Assembly: GCF_006345805.1 (NCBI RefSeq)
Contig: NC_043004.1
Coordinates: 32,240,001 to 32,304,000, forward strand
DNA: 64,000 nucleotides
Direction: 5' to 3'
Source of the DNA: Octopus sinensis
Taxonomy: Eukaryota
In this document: piece after piece, positions 53,101-62,130 of the stretch
How the letters are laid out: every line of letters starts with the position of its first letter
Numbering within the stretch: position 1 is the stretch's first letter
Made by a program: the position numbers and the translations under genes
Notes under the pieces: model-generated
Database searches by the model: none
What the model was told of the DNA's origin: nothing
The model's input: only the letters and a program-made list of their open reading frames with translations

Positions 53101-56100
53101 ATTTCACTGGTCAAAGTTTTGGGGTTGAAGATACTTGCTTAAGATGCCAGGCAGTGGGATCAAATCTGAGACCTTTTAATTGTGAAGCAAACTTCTGAAC
53201 TGCACAGCATGCCTATATTGTGTATGCATATTAATTAATATGTGTGTGTTAAATAATGTACATGTATGTTAACTGATATGTGTGTACATTAACTTCTGTT
53301 GTCTATCTATTTAGTTGTTTGTTTATTGTTGTTATTACCGTGGAACCTTGGTTTACAAGCACCTCTTATCACAAACCATTTTTTGAACAGGAGACATTTC
53401 TAGTGACCTACAGTGTCTCCAGTAATAAACATGCAAGCCAGCAACAATGGTTAGCAACAAGCCGGGAGTATCAATGGGAGAGTGCCAGTTGCGGTTCAGT
53501 TTTTCCTCAGTGTCCATCCTTATTCAAATTTGTCGTGGGAAAAATAATTTTGGTTTATAAACACTTCAGGTGGTAAATGGCCTTCAGGAACAAATTAAAT
53601 TTGTAAACTGGGGTTCCACTGTATTATTATTTGTTATTATTATTAAGGTAGCAAGAGGGCAGTGAGCTGGCAGAATTGTTAGCATGCCGGGTGAAATGCT
53701 TAGTGGTATTTTGTCTGTCTTCAGGTTCTGAGTTCAAATGCCACCGAGGTTGACTTTGCCTTTCATTCTTTTGGGGTCAATGAATTAAGTACCAGTGAAA
53801 CTCTACCGTCAATTTAATCAACTAGTCCTTTCCCCCAAAAATTTCAGGCCTTGTGCCTTTAGTAGAAAAGTTTATTAAGGTAGCAAGCTGGTAGAATTTT
53901 TTGTCTTAGCAGCATTTCTTCTGGGTCTTTAAGTTCTGAGTTGAATTCTTGCTGAGGTCAACATTACTTTTCATTGTTTTGACAGCCGTAAAGTAAAGTA
54001 CGAACGTAGTCCTGGAGTTGATATAATTAACTAATTTTCTCCCCTCAATATTGCTGACCTTGTATCAAAATTAGAAGTATTATTATTTTTTTTTTGTCTT
54101 GTTTTTTTCAGAAAACTGATGCGAATGTATCAGCAAATGTAAGTAACTTTATTCATTCACATTAACTAATTTTTTTGTGTTTTTAGGAAACAAGATAGCA
54201 GTATAAATATGTAAATTTTATATTAATCCTTTAGCATAAACCAGCCATATTTGGCCAAAATCTTCTACTTCTTTTATGACCTCTCATAATACCATTCTAA
54301 AAATATCACATTGAAATTTCAAGGCTACAAGTTAATGCAAGATAAATTCTAAATAATGTGAATAAATATGCATTACATTTGACAGAGTAATCTGAATGCT
54401 AAAGGGTTAAGATTGGCAGAATTAGTTGACTGTCAAATAAAATGCTTTGAGTGTGGTATTTAGTTTCTGGTTTCAAATCCTACTGAAGTCAAACTTAAGT
54501 TTTATCCTTTTGTCGTTAACAAAATAACTGGTCAATTACCAGTCGATTTCATTGAGCACCCGCTTCTTCTCTCAGATGTCTAGTTTTGCACTTAGACATC
54601 ATCATCATCATTATTTTGATATCACATTAATTTAGAGGCCACACTTTGTGGCTTTTTATCTTTTGTGGTTAATAAGATTATTATTAATATTAAAGTGATC
54701 AAATAGATGGTGAGCTGGCAGGATTGTTAGCATGTCAAGCAAAATGCTTAAAGCAGCATTTTTATCTGTCTTTCCGTTCTGAGTTCAAATTCCTCAGGAG
54801 GCTTTCATCATTTCAGGGTTGATAAAATAAGTACCAGTTGAGCACTGGGGTCAATGTAATCAACTTACTTACCTCACTTGAAATTACTGTCCTTGTGCTA
54901 AAATTTGAAACTGATATTAAGGGGGTTGAAAGATGGCAAGCTGGCAGAATTGTTAGTACACCTTAAATCCTTAAAAATGTTTTAGCCCGAAGGCCATGGC
55001 CATGCTGGGGCACCACCGAGCAAAATGATTTGCTACATTTTGTCCATCTTTGCATTCAGAGTTCAAATGTTACTGAGGTTGACTTCACTTTCCATCCCTC
55101 TCAGGGCTGATAAAGTCAACCCCAGTTGAGTACTGGGGTCTATGTAATCGAATTACTCTTTCCACCAAAATTGCCAGCCATATGCCAAAATTTTATGCTG
55201 GCAGAATTGTTAAAATAGCTTGAAAAAATTCTGTTTGGTGTTTCTTCTGGCAATATATGTTCTGAGGTCATGCCCATTTTTGGCTTTCATCCTTCTGGAG
55301 TCAATAAAATAAAGTACTGCTTAAGTTTTGGGGTTGATGGTATTGACTAACCCGCCTCCCCTCAAAATTGCTGGCTTTTTGCTTAAATTAGAAATAATTA
55401 TGTATCATTATTAGGGCAGTAGATTGGCAAAGCCATTAGTGCATTGATCAGTTGAGCATATACCTTGGTTGCTGATATGTGCATCTCTGATCATGAGCAG
55501 AAGTAGTGGGGGAGCATCATAGTCATGTGTTGGCAATATTTGTTCTGGCTTTTTACATTGGGTTGAATCCCACCAAGGTTAATGTTGTCTTTCATCCTCC
55601 TGGGGCTACTTAAATGTAGTAACCTCAGATTTGTGGCCTCATGTTGTTGTTAAGGTGGTGAGATAGCAGAATTTTTAGCATGTCAAAGTGCTTGGTGGCA
55701 TTTTTTTCTGGCTCTTTATGTTTTGAGTTCAAATTTTGCCAGCTTTGACTTTGCCTTTCATCCTTTCAGGTCAATGAAATAAAGTGTTAGCCCCTGCCCC
55801 CTCTTTGTCACATTTTCACCATTTCTCCTCTCTCTCTTTCTCTCTCCATCTGAAGTAGCCATGTCTTTCTCTTCTAATGTAAGACACTTTTTCTGTCCCT
55901 CAATATTACCCCACCCCCACCCCCACCCCCTGGGTTGAGCAGTCTTGTCCTGCAAGTTACTTGGTGAACTCACTGGTGCTGGTTCCATGTAAGTAACCAC
56001 CTAGTACACTCTGTAAAGTGTCTGGCATTAGGAAGGGCATCTATTCATAGAGACCATGCCAAAACAGACAGCAGAGTTTGGTGTAGTGTTTTGACTTGCC

Positions 56101-58671
56101 AGTTCCTGTCAAATCATCTTACTCATGCCAGCATAGAAAATGGACAATAAATGATGATGGTGGTGGTGACGACTATTTTGAATTGGTGGCCTTGTACCAA
56201 AATTTTAAACAATTATTATTATTATTATTATTATTATTAGGGCAGTTAGCTGGCAGAATCATTACTGTGCTTGTCAAAATGCTTAGCAGCATTTCTTCTG
56301 GATTTTTATATTCGACTAAGATTTTTATATTCAGACTAAGAAACTCAGCCCACTGAAAAGGTCCCTGAATAAGGGTTGTTTAAGGAGGCTGAACAAAACA
56401 CTTATGTTCCCAGAGGTGAATTATTCAAACCCCAAAGAATTCCTCTCAACACATGACTATGATGCTCCCCCACTACTTCTGCTCATGATCAGAGATGCAC
56501 ATATCAGCAACCAAGGTATATGCTCAACTGATCAAGCATGCTCAACAAGGGTCATGTAACTGACAAGCAAATCTAGTTTTGAGCAGAATATTTGTTGTAG
56601 CTCATCTTTTACGCCAAGACAAGACATATACATGATAACACTTTCAATCAGTTAAGATCAGAAGCCATGAGAGCCAGTGCCTGGTATTGCATCAGGGCAT
56701 TTATTATTATTATTATTGGTGGCATTAGTATTATTATTAACACTCTCACTTCACTCAAATGTGACTTAGGGATTTGTTCATGCCACATTCCATAACAGTC
56801 AATAATATTTGTTACATCTTCTTTGACTTCTGGAAAATTATAATTAGATTTTAGACATGACATTTTAGTTTCAAATCTTGTAGCTTCCTCCCTGCAGAGC
56901 ATACCTAGCATACTAGAAACATCTGTCAAATCACAATTTAGTTTTCAATCAAAGTTTCTTTTTTATTTCATTCCAGGCAACTGCCACTGTGAATCAGAAG
57001 TAAGTCAGTTTCATTTTCCTTCTGTTTTTTTTTTTCCTTTCAGTATAAATTCCAACTGGAAGTACAGTTAATTATTACATTTGTTGTGCACCTGAGTACT
57101 GTATACAATAAACTCATTATTGATATACAGTGGGAAGTCAAAAATTATCTGCACTCTCATCATATCATATCTTTATTATTGTCACACTTCTTTCTGCACA
57201 GGTGTGCTTATAGTTGGTACTATTGTGGTCACATGATCAAAGTTTGAGCCTGATCATGTCATTTTCCTTTCTGGTTTTACAGTGTAAGCATGGCCACTCC
57301 ACTAGCAATGTGCACCAAAGAAGAACAAAGAGTAGTGATCCGATTTCTGTGGTTGAAAGGTGTGTTGGGTGCTGAAATTCATTGGAGGCTTTTAGCACAA
57401 TACAGGGATGTCTGTCAACCTCCACAAATGACAAGAAGATTCAGCAAGCTCAAGAGATGGTAATGGTGAACAGGCGAGTAATCATTGATGAGGTAGCTCG
57501 TTCTCTGCAGATTAGTCATGGTTCTGCCTATCAAATCATTCACAATGAACTCGGTTTCCATAAAGACTGTGCAAGATGGGTGCCAAGAGAGCTTACTGCA
57601 GAGTACAAGCACAAACATCTTGAGGCCTGCCAATGTTTACTTGATCGCTACAACAATGAGGGTGAGGAATTCTTGAACAGAATAGTCACAGGAGCTGAAA
57701 CGTGGGTCCATCATTATGTGGCAGAATCCAAAAGACAGAATATGGAGTGGAAGCATCCTGGTTTGCCAGGACAGTAAAAACAATACAAAATAAAAACAGA
57801 AAAAGACAGGACAAGGAGAATAACAGTAACACAAACAATGAGAGCTGTTCAGCCAGAACGAATGAGAAAATATTATGAACACTTTTTGACGACGGCAAGA
57901 GAGAGACACAGGAAAGCCATCCACACCTGAAGGAAGCCAGGTCAGAAAGACAGTAGCAGACCTCTCGTCATGAGTCAACGACGGGAGGGAGGAGGAGGAG
58001 CAAGAGAAAGGGAGAGAAAAAAAGGGAATGGTTGTAGAGAAAACCAGAAAGAATGAAGAATGAGAGAGAGAGGGACAGCAAGGATGAAGAAAAGGAAGCC
58101 AGAAAGAATGAAGGATGAGAGAGGGAGGGGGACAGAAAGGTTAAGAGTGCGCATCATTATTAATATTTTCTCATTCGTTCTGGCTTAACAGCCCTTAATG
58201 TTCGTGTTACTGTTATTCTCCTTGTCCTGTCTTTTACTGTTTTTATTTTGTATTGTTTTTACTATCCTGCTTTTGTTACCATTTTTACACCTCTGCAAAA
58301 AAAATCTCAAATTTTATTTAATTTGCTTTTTGCGGGAAGGACTGTTTCAATGAAGTCATGTCTTGCCTTTACCTTCGAAACGTGGAGTAGATGAAACAGA
58401 GGCAGCTGAAGAAGGGGAATTTTCCTTGTGTTGTATGTCTTGTACTCTATTTTTTCGTTGTTCAAGAAAAATGTCCATTTCCTTGGTTTTGTGTTTATGT
58501 TTTCGTTGTGTTCGGCGTTTTTTTGGTGTCCTGTACTCATATATGCATGTATATATACATGTAGGTGTAGGTACATACATATATGTATGTATATATGCAT
58601 ATGTTTTATCTATTAATTTGTTATTATATGACGGAACCCACGCATTCATTTCTAAGTAAGTTTCATCTATC

Positions 58672-58721
<50 letters not shown>

Positions 58722-58827
58722 TTATTATTATTATTATTTAATAGAAGCAACAGAGTGACACAAGGGCTAATTAGTATAAAATATGCATATACTCTATATT
58801 GAGTTCTATTTTTCCTGTTTGCCTCAC

Positions 58828-58860
<33 letters not shown>

Positions 58861-59693
58861 TCACTCACTCACTCACCCAGTTGTATTTGTTGGTGTTCAC
58901 AGTAGTTATTAATAATGTTGTAAGGGTGGGTAAGGTAGGAGGAAGTGTCATAATTGTCATTGATGTCATTACTATTGTTGTTGTTGTTAAAGAAGATACT
59001 CTCCATTTGTTCTCATTTATCTCTTTTTCTTTTCTTCCATTATTTCCCAGAAGCGGTACAGTATCCATGGAGGTTCTTAGGTTTGAAAAGCAACAACTCG
59101 ATAAACAGGTATGTTTCCCCAATGTTTTGCATTTTAAAAGTATATATTATATATCACATGTCAGTTGTGATACCTATGCTGGTGGCACGTAAAAAGCACC
59201 ATCCATACATGGCCGATGCCAGTGCCGCCTTGACTGGCTTCCATACCGGTGGCACGTAAAAAGCACCAACTGATCATCGCCGTTGCCAGCCTCCCCTGGT
59301 ACCTGTGCCGGTGGTACATAAAAAAGCACCCACTACACTCATGGAGTGGTTGGTGTTAGGAAGGGCATCCAGCTGTAGAAACACTGCCAGATCAGATTGG
59401 AGCCGGGTGCAGCCTCTTGGCTTCCCAGACCCCAGCCGAACCGTCCAACCCATGCTAGCATGGAAAACGGATGTTAAACAATGATGATATATATGTGTGT
59501 GTGTGTATATATATATATATCATCATCATCATCGTTTAACGTCCGTTCTCCATGCTAGCATGGGTTGGACGGTTCGACTGGGGATCTGGGAAGCCAGAAG
59601 GCTGCACCAGGCTCTGGTCTTATCTGGCAATGTTTCTACAGCTGGATGCCCTTCCTAACGCCATATATATATATATATGTATATGTGTGTATA

Positions 59694-59732
<39 letters not shown>

Positions 59733-59761
59733 CTATATCCATATGTATGTGTATGTATATA

Positions 59762-59806
<45 letters not shown>

Positions 59807-61461
59807 GAATGTGTGTATATATGTATGTGTTTATATATATGTATGTGTGTGTATATATATGTATATATGTATATATATATATGTGTGTGTGTGTACATAT
59901 ATATTTGTATATATATGTCTGTATATATATATGTATATATGTGTGTGTATATATATATGTATATATATGTGTGTTTATAGATATGTATGTGTATCATGAT
60001 CATCATCATCGTTTAACGTCCGCTTTCCATGCTGGCATGGGTTGGACAGTTTGACTGAGGACTGGCGAACCAGATGGCTGCATCAGGCTCCAATCTGATC
60101 TGGCAGAGTTTCTACAGCTGGATGCCCTTTCTAATGCCAACCACTCAGAGTGTGTAATGGGTGCTTTTATGTGCCACCGGTACGAGGGCCATTCAGGCAG
60201 TACTGGCAACGGCCAAACTCAAATGGTGTTATTTACATGCCACCTACACAGGAGCCAGTCCAGTGGCACTGGCAATGACCTCACTCGAATGTTGGTTTTC
60301 ATGTGCCACCGGCATAAGTGCCAGTAAGGCGACGCTGGTAACAATCATGCTCGAATGGTGCTTTTAATGTGCCACTGACACGGTAGCCAGTCAGTGGCCC
60401 TGGCAATGATCACACTTGGATGGTGCTCTTAGCACTCCACTAGCATGGATGCCAGTCATGCGGTGCTGTCATCGAATTTTTTTTTGATTTCACTTGCCTC
60501 AACAGGTCTTTGCAAGCAGAGTTTAGTGTCCAATGAAGGAAAGGTACACATAAGTGGGCTGGTTACACCACTGGTAGAGGTCACGGGTTATGGTTTCACT
60601 TGGTTTGCCAGGTCTTCTCAAGCACAGCATATTTCCAAAGGTCTTGGTCACTAGTCATTGCCTTGGTTAGGCCTAATGTTCGAAGGTCGTGCTTCACCAC
60701 CTCATCCCAGATCTTCCTGAGTCTACCTCTTCTACAGGTTCCCTCAACCACTTGGGTGTGACTCCTTTTCACACAGCTATCCTCATCCATTCTTACCACA
60801 TGACCATACCAGCGCATTTGTCTCTCTTGCACACCACATCTGATGCTTCTTAGGTCCAACTCTTCTCTCAAGGCACTTACACTCTGTCGAGTATGCACAC
60901 TGACATTACTCATCCAGCAGGGTGTACTGGGTTCATTCCTTGCAAGCTTATGCATGTCCTCATGAGTCACGGCCCATGTTTCACTGCCATGTAGCATGGC
61001 TCTATGTATGTCTGTGTGTGTGTTTTTGTTTGTCTCCCCCACCATTGCTTGACAACTGATGTTGTTGTGTTTATGCCCCATAACTTAGTGGTTCAACAAA
61101 AGAGATTGTTAGATTGAGTACTGGGCTTACAAAGAATAAGTTTTGGGGCGATTTCTTTGACTAAAACCCTTTAAGGCAGTGCTCCAGCATGGTCACAGTC
61201 ATATGACTGAAACAAGTAAAGGGATAAATGAATAAAAAATCACAAAATCAAATTCAGTGTGAAAAGTTACATTAGTATACCAAATTTGCAGGAGTAGGAG
61301 GTAAGAAAAGTCTTTACATTTACGTATCAAATGGAAAACATTATAAATTGCACCAAATAATATAAAAATCCATTCTCATCAAGAAGCTTATTCATGGAAC
61401 AAGACATAGAATTAACAAAAATTGAAATAAAGGTATTCTATAGCTACTCAGCTATAGTGTA

Positions 61462-61519
<58 letters not shown>

Positions 61520-62130
61520 ACAATAATGGTTTTGCAACAAGTTGCTTGACCACATACCGAAAATTTTAGAAATAGCAGCCAAAGGGCTACTATTTCCTTT
61601 TTCTACAAAAATATGTCTCCACAGACAACAATATTTGTAACTCACATATGGTAAAAAAAAAGGAAGAAAAATAATGAAATCAAACAGTCTTCGGTTAATT
61701 ATGGACTTACGTTTCTGGATTAGAATCATAAGATTCATTTCCTTCATCGACATAATATTCCAATAAATAAATCTAGAAATGCTAGGAAAACTTGCCTCTT
61801 ATATTTCCGACCAAGCGTCATCGGAACATATAAAAGCTAATCAGCATATTCACATTTATATAGACAAGTGGATTCGTATTTCCCTCCAAAAATACTGAAA
61901 TACTACTGGGTGAAATTTGTTGATTTTATTAATTAATTATCTTTCACCCTATATCTGTAATATATATATATATATATTCACCATGTTTATTTGTTTACAG
62001 ATCTCTCATCTAAGAGATAATTTGAACCAGTCCCAGTTACTAGCCCTCACCAACAAAAGTAAACTGTTACAAGAGAAATTACTGAGAGAACAGGAAAATT
62101 TCAAAACTAAAGGAGCAGACTATTGGAAGG
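14202..62130 (+). CDS. CC2D1: Coiled-coil and C2 domain-containing protein 1 (CC2D1A/B, Drosophila Lgd family); 27 coding exons, 3' end beyond window
   Basis: All 27 exons have AG/GT boundaries with matching phases; sum 2965 nt. Four DM14-type repeats (e.g. [60 protein letters not shown]) and a C2 domain ([13 protein letters not shown]...VKNTDSPEYN...[22 protein letters not shown]) recognised from known family sequences. Confidence 0.95.
15138..15532 (+). mobile_element. tRNA-derived SINE (OR-like head, different tail from the 11495 copy)
   Basis: Same head and core as 11495-11797; 7-bp TSD actcctg at 15131-15137 and 15533-15539; internal 8-bp duplication cgtagggt. Confidence 0.88.
15990..18740 (-). 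pseudogene. CR1 ORF2 (APE endonuclease plus reverse transcriptase), many frameshifts and stops
   Basis: [13 protein letters not shown]; [13 protein letters not shown]; [15 protein letters not shown]; [13 protein letters not shown]; [13 protein letters not shown]; catalytic FADD degraded to FAVD. Confidence 0.95.
18757..19445 (-). pseudogene. CR1 ORF1, truncated: PHD finger, coiled coil, start of RRM-like segment
   Basis: CKIC...[13 protein letters not shown]...HWYCPKPC; heptad-like [23 protein letters not shown]; [10 protein letters not shown]. Confidence 0.85.
20093..20240 (+). CDS. CC2D1: CC2D1 exon 2 ([10 protein letters not shown]...[13 protein letters not shown]...RNK)
   Basis: ttatag| acceptor, G|gtaaga donor, phase 0 to 1; acidic D-rich LxAELxAL motif. 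Confidence 0.9.
20933..21522. mobile_element. Foldback MITE: two arms of about 270 bp, spacer of about 40 bp, 8-bp TSD
   Basis: Arms are reverse complements (mirror ORFs 21014+ and 21253- in the track); direct repeat gaaagatt at 20925-20932 and 21523-21530. Confidence 0.92.
22134..22234 (+). CDS. CC2D1: CC2D1 exon 3 ([34 protein letters not shown])
   Basis: ttctag| acceptor, TTG|gtattc donor, phase 1 to 0. Confidence 0.9.
23611..24920. mobile_element. TTAA-flanked (piggyBac-like) MITE interrupted by a Tc1 insertion
   Basis: ttaa|cccttttgat ... gacaaaaggat|ttaa; related uninterrupted sequence near 41260-41410 and 36130-36350. Confidence 0.7.
23718..24805 (-). mobile_element. Tc1-family DNA transposon, internally deleted pseudogene
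   Basis: TIRs cactatgtgatcaaaagtatccag / ctggatacttttgatcatataatg; TA TSDs; paired-like HTH ORF 24263-24628; WSDE and FQHD remnants; SPDLNPIE region absent. Confidence 0.92.
25668..25898 (+). CDS. CC2D1: CC2D1 exon 4 (KELNELM...DM14-1 first half...[10 protein letters not shown])
   Basis: tttcag| acceptor, AAA|gtaagg donor, 231 nt, phase 0 to 0. Confidence 0.92.
26268..26600 (-). mobile_element. RTE-LINE 3'-end-derived repeat with (GAT)n tail
   Basis: catcatcatcgtttaacgtccgttctccatgctagcatggg...; the same tail is attached to RTE RT sequence at 60000-61000. Confidence 0.75.
26775..26931 (+). CDS. CC2D1: CC2D1 exon 5 ([24 protein letters not shown]...)
   Basis: ttatag| acceptor, A|gtgtgt donor, phase 0 to 1; completes DM14-1. 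Confidence 0.9.
27792..28073 (+). CDS. CC2D1: CC2D1 exon 6 (Pro/Ser-rich linker)
   Basis: ttccag| acceptor, G|gtctgt donor, phase 1 to 1; lies within ORF 27761-28135. Confidence 0.88.
28516..28990 (-). repeat. Unclassified interspersed repeat flanked by (ATT)n on both sides
   Basis: Second copy near 56345-56710 and an inverted fragment near 55455-55530. Confidence 0.7.
29299..29414 (+). CDS. CC2D1: CC2D1 exon 7 (DM14-2: [32 protein letters not shown])
   Basis: tttcag| acceptor, AAG|gtaatt donor, phase 1 to 0. Confidence 0.92.
29745..30135 (+). mobile_element. Full-length tRNA-derived SINE with internal (TA)/(TG) microsatellite
   Basis: Head gtggctgtgtggtaagtagc...ggttcagtccc; near-identical copy at 34520-34915 (-); degraded copies near 7400-7980, 9285, 22245, 37175, 43895-46100, 48480, 50055 and 61010. 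Confidence 0.85.
30548..31080 (+). mobile_element. Mariner deletion derivative with both TIRs
   Basis: TA|ttgggttgtctggaaagtttgtgcc ... ggcacaaactttccggacaacccaa|TA; MEDKKVHF start joined to [20 protein letters not shown]. Confidence 0.9.
32139..32223 (+). CDS. CC2D1: CC2D1 exon 8 ([28 protein letters not shown])
   Basis: ttccag| acceptor; donor AAAG|gtttgt after 32223, or in-phase alternative CCAG|gttaca after 32214; phase 0 to 1. Confidence 0.85.
33529..33660 (+). CDS. CC2D1: CC2D1 exon 9 (Ser-rich linker)
   Basis: tttcag| acceptor, G|gtaaaa donor, phase 1 to 1. Confidence 0.85.
34341..34489 (+). CDS. CC2D1: CC2D1 exon 10 (DM14-3 first half)
   Basis: tttcag| acceptor, AAG|gtattg donor; [10 protein letters not shown] motif. 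Confidence 0.95.
34520..34915 (-). mobile_element. Full-length SINE (same family as 29745), young copy
   Basis: Reverse complement of the 29745-30135 element with CpGs retained. Confidence 0.85.
35007..35079 (+). CDS. CC2D1: CC2D1 exon 11 ([24 protein letters not shown])
   Basis: tcacag| acceptor, G|gtactt donor, phase 0 to 1. Confidence 0.95.
37656..37835 (+). CDS. CC2D1: CC2D1 exon 12 (GFPPIPV...EIRKRA)
   Basis: ccatag| acceptor, T|gtaagt donor, phase 1 to 1. Confidence 0.92.
38511..38653 (+). CDS. CC2D1: CC2D1 exon 13 (DM14-4: [40 protein letters not shown])
   Basis: tttcag| acceptor, AAG|gtaaat donor, phase 1 to 0. Confidence 0.95.
38740..39425 (-). mobile_element. Mariner 5' half (Mos1/SETMAR-like), frameshifted and truncated
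   Basis: One TIR ttgggttggcaactaagttcccgc|TA; [14 protein letters not shown]; ARVPHAL (WVPHEL-like); RIVTGNEKW (GDEKW-like). Confidence 0.9.
39520..39930 (+). pseudogene. RTE-clade LINE RT C-terminal fragment
   Basis: [16 protein letters not shown]; MLHGSETWA...EASMLRWMC...[12 protein letters not shown]. Confidence 0.85.
40379..40435 (+). CDS. CC2D1: CC2D1 exon 14 ([19 protein letters not shown])
   Basis: ctttag| acceptor, AAG|gtaagt donor; GLPVDLS motif. Confidence 0.95.
40926..41060 (+). CDS. CC2D1: CC2D1 exon 15 (VPPPL...SLVSQIQ)
   Basis: ttgtag| acceptor, CAA|gtgagt donor, 135 nt, phase 0 to 0. Confidence 0.92.
42246..42304 (+). CDS. CC2D1: CC2D1 exon 16 ([19 protein letters not shown])
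   Basis: tttcag| acceptor, AG|gtaaat donor, phase 0 to 2. Confidence 0.92.
43276..43392 (+). CDS. CC2D1: CC2D1 exon 17 ([18 protein letters not shown]...[14 protein letters not shown])
   Basis: ctttag| acceptor, AA|gtatgt donor, phase 2 to 2. Confidence 0.93.
44451..44512 (-). ncRNA. Type I hammerhead ribozyme fold, copy 1
   Basis: Minus strand: atagcg CTGATGA cggaattcaaac-tcccct-gtttgtgatcca GAAA caccgt GTT cgctat. Stem I 6 bp perfect; core CUGAUGA/GAAA/GUU intact; stem II 12-nt arms with mismatches; stem III near-palindromic. Confidence 0.8.
44996..45057 (-). ncRNA. Type I hammerhead ribozyme fold, copy 2
   Basis: Identical to copy 1, offset 545. Confidence 0.8.
45541..45602 (-). ncRNA. 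Type I hammerhead ribozyme fold, copy 3
   Basis: Identical to copy 1, offset 1090. Confidence 0.8.
46417..46490 (+). CDS. CC2D1: CC2D1 exon 18 ([24 protein letters not shown]; C2 start)
   Basis: tcttag| acceptor, T|gtaagt donor, phase 2 to 1. Confidence 0.95.
46525..46975 (+). repeat. (GA)n purine-rich low-complexity tract just downstream of exon 18
   Basis: Multiple (GA)n runs with A/G-rich spacers. Confidence 0.85.
47179..47234 (+). CDS. CC2D1: CC2D1 exon 19 ([18 protein letters not shown])
   Basis: tttcag| acceptor, GCA|gtaagt donor, phase 1 to 0. Confidence 0.95.
47640..47856. mobile_element. TTAA-flanked piggyBac-like MITE
   Basis: ttaa|ccct ... aggg|ttaa; same body as 52314-52530. 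Confidence 0.75.
48394..48445 (+). CDS. CC2D1: CC2D1 exon 20 ([17 protein letters not shown])
   Basis: tttaag| acceptor, G|gtaagt donor, phase 0 to 1. Confidence 0.93.
49127..49172 (+). ncRNA. Degenerate minimal type I hammerhead-like motif
   Basis: gacag-t CTGATGA aactgagcaacct GAAA cttcaaa GTT t-ctgtc; stem I 5 bp plus closing mismatch; stem III near-palindrome gaaacttc/aaagtttc; stem II poorly paired. Confidence 0.45.
49483..49582 (+). CDS. CC2D1: CC2D1 exon 21 ([32 protein letters not shown])
   Basis: tcccag| acceptor, AG|gtgtgt donor, phase 1 to 2. Confidence 0.95.
50438..50528 (+). CDS. CC2D1: CC2D1 exon 22 ([30 protein letters not shown])
   Basis: atccag| acceptor, GAT|gtaagt donor, phase 2 to 0. 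Confidence 0.95.
51934..52062 (+). CDS. CC2D1: CC2D1 exon 23 ([22 protein letters not shown]...IIDQFLRK; C2 end)
   Basis: attcag| acceptor, AAA|gtaagt donor, phase 0 to 0. Confidence 0.96.
52314..52530. mobile_element. TTAA-flanked piggyBac-like MITE
   Basis: ttaa|ccctttagtatt ... aacactaaaggg|ttaa; further copies at 54227-54406 and partial ones near 31555-31780 and 9790-9990. Confidence 0.85.
54112..54138 (+). CDS. CC2D1: CC2D1 microexon 24 (27 nt, KTDANVSAN)
   Basis: long polypyrimidine tract tttttttcag|, AAT|gtaagt donor, phase 0 to 0. Confidence 0.7.
56977..56999 (+). CDS. CC2D1: CC2D1 microexon 25 (23 nt, ATATVNQ)
   Basis: ttccag| acceptor, AA|gtaagt donor; supplies the phase 0 to 2 shift needed to join exon 26. 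Confidence 0.75.
57128..57766 (+). mobile_element. Mariner-like element, 5' half, truncated
   Basis: TA|cagtgggaagtcaaaaattatc; [15 protein letters not shown]; CARWVPREL; [13 protein letters not shown] (GDETW-like). Confidence 0.88.
57767..58269. mobile_element. Foldback element with 109-bp inverted arms and purine-rich spacer
   Basis: 57767-57875 is the reverse complement of 58161-58269 with few mismatches. Confidence 0.85.
59051..59108 (+). CDS. CC2D1: CC2D1 exon 26 ([19 protein letters not shown])
   Basis: tcccag| acceptor, CAG|gtatgt donor, phase 2 to 0; resembles the SLSVLAFDQERLERKI segment recalled from vertebrate CC2D1A. Confidence 0.85.
59170..59662. mobile_element. Two RTE-tail repeats arranged tail-to-tail (about 59170-59490 + and 59521-59662 -)
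   Basis: ...ccatgctagcatggaaaacggatgttaaacaatgatgat faces catcatcatcgtttaacgtccgttctccatgctagcatgg across about 30 bp of microsatellite. Confidence 0.85.
59663..59998. repeat. Compound (TA)/(TG) microsatellite, about 335 bp
   Basis: Direct inspection; source of the YI/CV-repeat ORFs in the track. Confidence 0.95.
60000..61000 (-). mobile_element. RTE-clade LINE 3' kilobase (RT C-terminus, 3' UTR, (GAT)n tail)
   Basis: [10 protein letters not shown]...[16 protein letters not shown]...[15 protein letters not shown] followed by the RTE tail. Confidence 0.88.
62001..62130 (+). CDS. CC2D1: CC2D1 exon 27 ([16 protein letters not shown]...KGADYWK), coiled-coil
   Basis: ttacag| acceptor, G|gtaact donor, phase 0 to 1; no stop reached, gene continues past the window. 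Confidence 0.85.

Noticed and set aside
58370-58425. cttcgaaacgt...ctgaagaagg as a type II hammerhead
   Set aside because: Core-like motifs are present, but no stem I can form between the candidate cleavage site and CUGA.
59552-60054. 129-144 aa ORFs rich in YI/CV
   Set aside because: Translations of (TA)/(TG) microsatellite.
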